Origin: Phoronis australis
Taxonomy: Eukaryota > Animalia > Phoronida
NCBI GenBank assembly: GCA_002633005.1
Contig: NMRA01000397.1
Coordinates: forward strand, 97,217 to 161,216
Direction: 5' to 3'
DNA: 64,000 nt
Part shown: positions 61,901 to 64,000 of the stretch, piece after piece
Layout of the letters: every line of letters starts with the position of its first letter
Numbering within the stretch: position 1 is the stretch's first letter
The notes under the pieces: generated by a model
Told to the model about the DNA's origin: nothing
Databases searched by the model: none
Seen by the model: the letters and a program-made list of their open reading frames with translations, nothing else
Translations under genes and position numbers: made by a program

Positions 61901-63146
61901 TACCTTTATTTTTCCTTCATATCTTTGGAGTTTCTTGTTGCATTTTTATGAAATTTGGGAAATAGGTTTCTGTTAAAATATGTGATGATACCTTCCCGTT
62001 TTCAGGTGGACTTGACATAATGAAAGCCTCCAAGTGGCCATTTTTATTTATTTAGTTTTTGGTGTCCATCCCTGTATCGGCGTACTCACTCTAAGAATCG
62101 TTAAGAAAATTGGTATACATGTTCTTACTGGGAAAAGCATGACTGACAGTGATTTTTGGACAACTGTTGCACCTGTAATAACAGTTCTGCTTTTTTCGCA
62201 ACCACAACTGATTCTCCTAAGCCCCTGCAGGATCTTTGGCAAATTTGGCTAGTGTATTTCTGTGAACGTGACAATGGTTGACGACTTTTGGATGTATCTG
62301 ACTACAGCTTTGTCCCTTTAGTGCCAGTTTTATTTTTTTACGATCTTTGCTTGTGTGTTCCTATTCAGGAGAGAATTGCTGACTTGCTGTTTACCCCTTA
62401 AAAGCTATTTTAAGTTCACTAGCATTGCTCCGTTTAGCGGAAATTTTTGATGTAATAATCATCCCTTGTATTTGTGATATATGTGATGCATATGATTGAC
62501 TCCAGGTTGCTCTTGTGTAATGTGTAATGAACACTGACACTTTCGTTTTGTTGTCTGCAGGACAATGACTCTGACTGGCAGTGAAGTGCGTGACACGTTG
62601 AACTTGGAGTCAGTTGACGAGGCTCAGCACCCACTGTTTGACCTGGAGAGATTACTTGTGGTGTGTAGAGTGTTTGGGTTGTGCGTAATAAGCACTTCAC
62701 AATTACACAATAAATTTAAGCTCACTTGGATTTTGAACCACTAGTCTTTGTGGATGTTATACCAAGGGACTGTACGGTTGTGACAATTGTTGGTAAAGCA
62801 TGCATCAGCAATTGTCTACAGTAATCCCTTAAATTTATGCAATAATTTATTTTCATGAGCTATTGGGAACACCAAAAGAATTTCATTGTCAGTTATGTGT
62901 CATGAGACTTATATTTTAGAAATTCTGAAATTTATTTTGCCTACTTTTTGAAAGCAGTTTTGCCTAATCGGCTATTTAATTATTGTTTTATTTGCTGGTT
63001 AGTTTCAACCTAACAAACTGTTGATCATAGATTTAACATTTTCTTGCAGGACTATTCCAAAGAAGAAGAGTCCCTGGAGAGTCTACTAGAGAACATTACT
63101 GGGCTGGTGCAATTAATAAGGGACACTTCGATCAAGGAACCTAAAG
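4804..63146 (+). CDS. VIRMA: Protein virilizer homolog (VIRMA/KIAA1429), m6A methyltransferase complex subunit; 29 internal coding exons, 5' and 3' ends not in the traced region
   Basis: Exons joined by hand at GT-AG sites with consistent phases (5071 nt total). Peptides match recalled human VIRMA: DLIQFPKPVHIHEVRIIPLG / FVNNLSRPSASTF / PTDGLIVKGYYCTLTLAVFG (VIR_N domain), FLEPISPD, GYEDIDSDEE, NPYPALF, GLALLSELLPLPLP, IQHVLRRLCWQIADL, VQSLCDPEV, HDHGFYALK. Confidence 0.95.
4917..5190 (+). repeat. GT/GGT/TGT-rich low-complexity tract
   Basis: Degenerate (GGT)n/(TGT)n directly after the VIRMA donor at 4917. Confidence 0.7.
5560..6150 (+). mobile_element. Penelope-like retroelement fragment (RT C-terminus + GIY-YIG endonuclease)
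   Basis: LMKSMIDRAYKICST and FEFCCAGCGAYYVAETRQRL (VYxFxCxxCxxxYIGET-type motif); disrupted. Confidence 0.65.
6454..6540 (+). CDS. VIRMA: VIRMA exon (ATNPSNFKVQVFVNNLSRPSASTFQLMS)
   Basis: ttacag|A ... CA|gtatgt; phase 2 to 2. Confidence 0.92.
6858..8129 (+). mobile_element. Helentron/HINE (DINE-1-like) non-autonomous element with internal ~150-bp tandem array
   Basis: Starts tttatgcatccac...gtggacgcat (sub-TIR/palindrome) plus CGTC-like tract; ~150-bp monomers in a ~440-bp higher-order unit; ends gtgggcacatttcaacgctccgcgttt..ctcgtt; near-collinear with 27847-29308. Confidence 0.7.
8866..10244. mobile_element. Non-autonomous DNA element (Kolobok-like ends), with related pieces at ~3770-3960 (inverted) and ~27260-27835
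   Basis: Left end aaggttactgg vs right end caggaacctt+ttaa; 9130-9720 aligns by eye with 27260-27830. Confidence 0.5.
10551..10729 (+). CDS. VIRMA: VIRMA exon (LDFSMNNIQ...PTDGLIVKGYYCTLTLAVFG...)
   Basis: ttctag|A ... G|gttggt; phase 2 to 1. Confidence 0.9.
12400..13516 (-). mobile_element. Spliced THAP-domain transposase relic (ISL2EU/Harbinger-like), pseudogenised
   Basis: Exon 13516-13419 MGTDAFCSAINCMNSSSKTPDVSFCRFPKDSE|gtaagg; acceptor at 12834 gives RCKRW...LCSHHFEES...AVP..FDVPSPP (THAP C2CH and AVP motifs) with stop and frameshifts; downstream VERTISQ resembles the Harbinger DDE C-terminal HVERxI motif. Confidence 0.65.
14160..14934 (-). mobile_element. Possible Academ-like DNA transposon remnant
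   Basis: LGLAPTVHHDTRNK..NAHGYCVPHD peptide; repeated cgccatttttgaaaat..aaatggc sub-terminal motifs; terminus reads TAGTCGGG on the minus strand. Confidence 0.4.
15733..18271 (-). mobile_element. 5'-truncated non-LTR retrotransposon with RT + RNase H + CCHC (I/Ingi/Nimb group), 11-bp TSD
   Basis: QSGFRKNRSTEDQ, LTKAFDKVW, HADDL, YLGV (RT); VYTDDS, LQWIPSHCGISGNE (RNase H); RLRTGH, CPCG..QTPEHLLQSC; (GAA)n 3' tail; CAGCACCAGTT at 15722-15732 and 18272-18282; several frameshifts. Confidence 0.92.
19151..20143 (+). CDS. VIRMA: VIRMA large exon: Pro/Gln/His-rich tract followed by RD/RS-dipeptide-rich tract
   Basis: cttcag|GT ... G|gtttgt; 993 nt open, phase 1 to 1, fits both neighbours; lies within ORF 19111..20250. 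Confidence 0.88.
20603..20691 (+). CDS. VIRMA: VIRMA exon (DAVCPLESPPEEFLEPISPDGDDEFGDPDQ)
   Basis: catcag|AT ... CAG|gtcagt; EPISPD motif as in human VIRMA. Confidence 0.88.
21612..21686 (+). CDS. VIRMA: VIRMA exon (EGIDVGYEDIDSDEEFLSGDEMLPE)
   Basis: ccccag|GAG ... GAG|gtgagt; resembles human GYEQISSDE. Confidence 0.88.
21900..23459 (-). mobile_element. Tc1/mariner DD37D (maT) transposon, decayed, ~50-bp TIRs
   Basis: TIR atcaagtgtcccaaaaaagtgaatcactttttgacaagtaatttctcagc with inverted copy at 23411-23459; transposase pieces SGRPKT, FNDEK, FQQDGAPSHT...WPPLSPDCNQMD with 37 residues between the 2nd and 3rd D. Confidence 0.85.
23460..24100 (+). repeat. HINE-type tandem repeat array, related family (other degenerate copies at ~13600-14040, 15280-15730/18272-18600, 30040-30310, 31650-31890, 47770-48420, 61860-62340)
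   Basis: Recurring atgaaatttggcaca...ggatttgactact...cctagtgg.cattt monomers. Confidence 0.65.
24754..24846 (+). CDS. VIRMA: VIRMA exon (EGDYEYDSGDYAWVSGLTVFDSFQCEVLPLQ)
   Basis: tcaaag|GAA ... CAG|gtaaga; phase 0 to 0. Confidence 0.85.
25151..25762 (+). CDS. VIRMA: VIRMA exon (HFHDPSLTPYQ...WVEALE...IRHLKMG...SLVSNK)
   Basis: tcgcag|CAT ... AAG|gtttct; overlaps ORF 25256..25777 in frame. Confidence 0.92.
25792..26136. mobile_element. TTAA-flanked MITE (Kolobok-type)
   Basis: TTAA on both sides; imperfect ~50-bp TIRs (tttgatgtta..tt.agcaaaa.tgcaga.ccc). Confidence 0.7.
26590..26678 (+). CDS. VIRMA: VIRMA exon (MFRTTMAVTALLRKVHTYQVADKLKRAVD)
   Basis: ttccag|ATG ... GT|gtaagt; phase 0 to 2. 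Confidence 0.85.
27847..29308 (+). mobile_element. Helentron/HINE-like element with ~450-bp higher-order tandem array
   Basis: ttatgcgcccac...gtggacgcat start, cgtccgtccg tract, units at ~28061/28511/28961, end gtgggcgcatttcaacgctccgcgttgctcttgtt (sub-TIR + hairpin). Confidence 0.72.
29737..29902 (+). CDS. VIRMA: VIRMA exon (ISERPPQE...CLDELRKVTAEVHYVL)
   Basis: ttacag|T ... TTG|gtgagt; phase 2 to 0. Confidence 0.88.
31894..32399. mobile_element. hAT-like MITE
   Basis: TIR cagggcttggaa / ttccaagccctg; TGATAT repeated on both flanks; inserted into a tandem-repeat unit. Confidence 0.7.
33604..33701 (+). CDS. VIRMA: VIRMA exon (CQPGRTLPNKVLFNSQGPKRNPYPALFHILHS)
   Basis: ttgcag|TGC ... TG|gtaagc; resembles human QPPVKSFP...DPYPVLFRYLHS. 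Confidence 0.9.
34013..34199 (+). CDS. VIRMA: VIRMA exon (NFLEGIFVLLS...GLLFLSSRPDTVNGLVRLLLQAALP)
   Basis: ttatag|C ... CCG|gtcagt; phase 2 to 0. Confidence 0.9.
34740..35220 (+). mobile_element. Gypsy/Ty3 LTR retrotransposon integrase fragment
   Basis: DRLVIPLSLRTEILDHLGIAKCCARGRESVW*PGLSKEIEQTVSFCKIC (integrase Zn-binding region) and RPWERVGMDMF...LVVVAYYSKW. Confidence 0.85.
36869..36983 (+). CDS. VIRMA: VIRMA exon (DESREDGEESVSQQLGLYLVYNLQALQYIDQLKGLSDK)
   Basis: tttcag|GAT ... G|gtaggg; phase 0 to 1. Confidence 0.87.
37390..39260. mobile_element. Older TTAA-flanked element hosting the 37471-38936 insertion
   Basis: ttaa-agcctatcctcaacgg ... ccattgaaattgggct-ttaa (11/16 TIR match). 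Confidence 0.45.
37471..38936 (-). mobile_element. TA-flanked TIR element (Tc1/mariner-pogo-type ends) carrying a decayed HIRAN-like ORF, copy 1
   Basis: TA|ccgtattcaccctaataagcgccca ... tggacgcttattagggcgaatatgg|TA; minus-strand frame DNPFDKYAASVLKGQTIIGHVPHKISK..FLKHGG; inverted relative to 51934-53078. Confidence 0.8.
39466..39624 (+). CDS. VIRMA: VIRMA exon (...HALHGLRTMLYTVQGQEAVAHVFSLDDNFALLLPFLHPK)
   Basis: ttgcag|AG ... G|gtaagt; resembles human GRSAVGHVFSLEKN. Confidence 0.9.
41187..41327 (+). CDS. VIRMA: VIRMA exon (DNADSKTKKSAYMGYSQQLLLNVLRHTDNVSFLEKYAQDLLALAEK)
   Basis: tgtaag|AA ... G|gtttga; a tandem AAGAAG acceptor allows an alternative start at 41190. Confidence 0.85.
41399..41522 (+). 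repeat. 45-bp-arm inverted repeat (hairpin), 34-nt loop
   Basis: 41399-41443 pairs with 41478-41522: 40 Watson-Crick + 5 G-U pairs on the + strand. Confidence 0.85.
41590..41797 (+). repeat. Degenerate ~40-45-bp minisatellite, ~5 copies
   Basis: Recurring ttcttac..gtaggtgtat.tatctatttg.tatgt units ending at the 41797 acceptor. Confidence 0.7.
41798..41992 (+). CDS. VIRMA: VIRMA exon (LPEIVSWLEPFKK...GLVTVMRALRHLALDPNVKIRD)
   Basis: ttttag|AC ... G|gtaggt; phase 1 to 1. Confidence 0.9.
42532..42614 (+). CDS. VIRMA: VIRMA exon (PRELKHQYVLVELYHLDCLPAFLNILQ)
   Basis: ttccag|CC ... CAG|gtgagc; phase 1 to 0. Confidence 0.88.
43440..44300 (-). mobile_element. CR1/L2-type LINE RT C-terminal fragment
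   Basis: CYGTEIWG...ENVHIKFCERIL...WATFVSTLLSAYGFSDVWINQ...LRCSNH. Confidence 0.75.
45555..45701 (+). CDS. VIRMA: VIRMA exon (KLSELQLYNWQRG...LILARSAE)
   Basis: ttgcag|AAA ... GAG|gtaagt. Confidence 0.9.
46259..46433 (+). CDS. VIRMA: VIRMA exon (FKDTSSLHTL...IQADILDCLLAFTQP...DSDE)
   Basis: ccacag|TTC ... G|gtttgt. Confidence 0.9.
46526..47131 (+). mobile_element. hAT-like MITE; second copy at ~48685-49373
   Basis: cagtgctcga ... tcgagcactg ends; internal gtcgccaaa repeats shared with 48685-49373; no clear TSD. Confidence 0.6.
49596..49732 (+). CDS. VIRMA: VIRMA exon (LSKSLWTSMMRELFKY...GLALLSELLPLPLPVHTRQ)
   Basis: tttcag|CT ... CAG|gtaaat; conserved LLSELLPLPLP motif. Confidence 0.93.
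50035..50143 (+). CDS. VIRMA: VIRMA exon (ELTGNELSQAVTSRKLWSVHLHPLTSQIQAVISTLA)
   Basis: atgcag|GAA ... G|gtgtgt; RKLWSxHL motif. Confidence 0.9.
50449..50539 (+). CDS. VIRMA: VIRMA exon (SGCLQIQHVLRRLCWQIADLGVSPATMVV)
   Basis: cttcag|AT ... AG|gtaagc. Confidence 0.92.
50600..53309 (-). mobile_element. THAP-domain DNA transposon relic (Kolobok-like), interrupted by the 51934-53078 insertion
   Basis: Removing the insertion gives MVCCIVPACANYEAARKAGILIF*FPREPEILRKWLTAVKNE...HFRVCGQHFINSDF (THAP); right end ...gtcct+ttaa; left boundary approximate. Confidence 0.7.
51934..53078 (+). mobile_element. TA-flanked TIR element carrying a HIRAN-like ORF, copy 2
   Basis: Perfect 25-bp TIR ccgtattcgccctaataactgccca with TA TSD; SSIRGFHVYKEIWIPVE...NPIDKY...LRHGGSLKCIVT at ~52660-52943. 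Confidence 0.85.
53330..53850 (+). mobile_element. L1/Tx1-like LINE 3' fragment
   Basis: Decayed ETIxHLFFQCPVVRNFW-like zinc-finger region, NLVVLAKRHVY, short caaata repeat tail. Confidence 0.5.
53882..54097 (+). CDS. VIRMA: VIRMA exon (CLLDVLLESL...SGQTARILNLLAYL...LLSS)
   Basis: acctag|G ... AG|gtgagt; phase 2 to 2. Confidence 0.9.
54464..54569 (+). CDS. VIRMA: VIRMA exon (SKSEEAYSTLLDHMLTMLNTVSDRPVHLQAQDCVV)
   Basis: tttcag|C ... GTG|gtcagt. Confidence 0.88.
55230..55304 (+). CDS. VIRMA: VIRMA exon (SIVQSLCDPEVTLVTGDNNLSIQEQ)
   Basis: ttacag|TCA ... CAG|gtaaac; resembles human SILQSLCDQDI. Confidence 0.9.
56075..56235 (+). CDS. VIRMA: VIRMA exon (LVNSIPGKSQL...HDHGFYALK)
   Basis: tttcag|TTG ... 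AG|gtgagt. Confidence 0.92.
56930..57072 (-). CDS. CTHRC1-like nested gene exon 4 (terminal coding exon)
   Basis: ttccag|TG ATG GGC ... SRIIVEEIFT TAA. Confidence 0.88.
56930..59753 (-). CDS. Nested antisense gene: predicted secreted coiled-coil protein with a CTHRC1-like C-terminal domain, 391 aa, 4 exons (59753-58982, 58117-58044, 57552-57366, 57072-56930)
   Basis: ATG plus hydrophobic signal peptide (LVNGIVVLFLFC), about 230 aa heptad-rich region. Then KQYVW...GII / KVTFNKRNFTSHIQVMYS...CARWWIEFNGHECYNPQPIDAVV / MGMCSAIVAGQLEITVKVGACPGYRLAKADTGFESTSRIIVEEI*, aligning with the recalled CTHRC1 C-terminus ([30 protein letters not shown]...VGTC...ASTGWNSVSRIIIEE). All introns GT-AG with phases 1,0,1; 1176 nt including stop. 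Confidence 0.88.
57366..57552 (-). CDS. CTHRC1-like nested gene exon 3
   Basis: caacag|AAG ... C|gtaagt; CARWWIEFNGHEC motif. Confidence 0.88.
58044..58117 (-). CDS. CTHRC1-like nested gene exon 2 (EKHPRSTSKQYVWKKRDIFSKGIIK)
   Basis: tatctag|AG ... AAG|gtaaga; phase 1 to 0; corresponds to CTHRC1 NYKQCSW segment. Confidence 0.8.
58982..59753 (-). CDS. CTHRC1-like nested gene exon 1 (signal peptide + coiled coil)
   Basis: ORF 58944..59753; donor TTAG|gtgagc with intron starting at 58981. Confidence 0.87.
60261..60443 (+). CDS. VIRMA: VIRMA exon (ALKNNKQALFNLFHRINNTFSHDS...ETISL)
   Basis: tcacag|T ... AG|gtacga; phase 2 to 2. Confidence 0.88.
60730..61060 (-). mobile_element. Penelope-like GIY-YIG C-terminal fragment
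   Basis: ETKWLDRQVQEAIYIKAIKPSLKKLGGARFKLSSTW resembles the Penelope ERGVKEAIYI...PSLNRDGG..L..W terminus. Confidence 0.7.
62561..62660 (+). CDS. VIRMA: VIRMA exon (TMTLTGSEVRDTLNLESVDEAQHPLFDLERLLV)
   Basis: ctgcag|G ... GTG|gtgtgt. Confidence 0.87.
63050..63146 (+). CDS. VIRMA: VIRMA exon (DYSKEEESLESLLENITGLVQLIRDTSIKEPK); gene probably continues past the window
   Basis: ttgcag|GAC ... G|gtaaca; resembles human EHSKDDDNLDSLLDSVVGL. Confidence 0.88.
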
Positions 63147-63332
63147 GTAACAGAACAGAAGGGAGATATCACAATTTTCATTTATTTAAATCTGAATTAA
63201 ACATGTATCCTTCCTGTAAAGGCTCAATTTTGATTTAGATGACTTTGTGTAATTGTAAATGTTTTCTCAGACTGTTGCTTGATTTCACTAGATGTGATTC
63301 TGGGCTCAGAAAGAACTCGCAGTTCATTATTG

Positions 63333-63565
63333 CTTGAGGCCATATTCAGCCCATAATGTGACCTGCCTGAGGCCATATTCAGCCCATAGTGTGATCTGCC
63401 TGAGGCCATATTCAGCCCATAATGTGACCTGCTTGAGGCCATATTGAGCCCATAATGTGACTTGCCTGAGGCCATATTCAGCCCATAATGTTCCCGGCCT
63501 GAGGCCATATTCAGCCCATAATGTGACCTGCCCGAGGCCATATTCAGCCCATAATGTGACCTGCT
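63333..63565 (+). repeat. 33-bp minisatellite, 7 copies
   Basis: tgaggccatattcagcccataatgtgacctgcc units starting 63335, 63368, 63401, 63434, 63467, 63500, 63533. Confidence 0.95.
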
Positions 63566-64000
63566 ATGTCAAGTCAACTTATTAGCATGGCCTTTTGCAA
63601 ATAACCAACTGCCTCCTGAGTAAGGAATAATTAGACACTATGAAGCCCCATGTGTTGCTAGCAGAAGGTGCAAGCTTCATTGCCGTAAATCGTCCCATTG
63701 AAGTGATCAACAAACACCATGCTAGCCATGTTGTTAAGAGCTGTTATTAGAAATGCTTAACCTAGCTTGTTGCATTGAGAAATGAAAATAAAAGGTTCGT
63801 GTTGAAAACCGTGTGGTTTTCAAACAAGGCGTTGCATTAATCTTTAAAGACATAGTTTCACACCAAAACAACTGCTTTTCAAAACAAATAATAGCACTGT
63901 GTGAATCTGTTGCACATGGCAGTTCTTGTCCGCACAGCTTGGTTAATGAGAAAAGCCCAGCAGTAATGACCTTATCGGACTTCAGCTGAGTCAATTCTGA

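Noticed and set aside
63224-63541. 105-aa repeat protein or CRISPR-like array
   Set aside because: Head-to-tail 33-bp tandem repeat without unique spacers in a eukaryotic intron; the ORF is a by-product of the unit length.

Overview
Eukaryotic, AT-rich, repeat-dense genomic DNA. The repeat families and gene content suggest a marine invertebrate, probably a lophotrochozoan or mollusc (inference). Most of the window is one + strand gene, virilizer/VIRMA (KIAA1429; scaffold of the m6A writer complex). I traced 29 GT-AG exons from 4804 to 63146 in one continuous frame (5071 nt, about 1690 aa); its first exon and 3' exons were not found and probably lie outside the window. A complete 4-exon gene is nested antisense in one VIRMA intron (59753-56930, 391 aa). 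It encodes a signal peptide, a long coiled coil and a CTHRC1-type C-terminal domain, with no collagen repeat. The introns hold many transposon remnants: an RNase H-bearing LINE with an 11-bp TSD, a DD37D/maT element, two THAP-transposon relics, Gypsy, Penelope, L2/CR1, L1/Tx1 and several MITEs. They also hold two copies of a TA-flanked TIR element carrying a HIRAN-like ORF, and Helentron/HINE-like elements whose internal tandem arrays carry co-oriented CTCF-consensus motifs. All family assignments come from motif recognition and recalled reference sequences, not from database searches.
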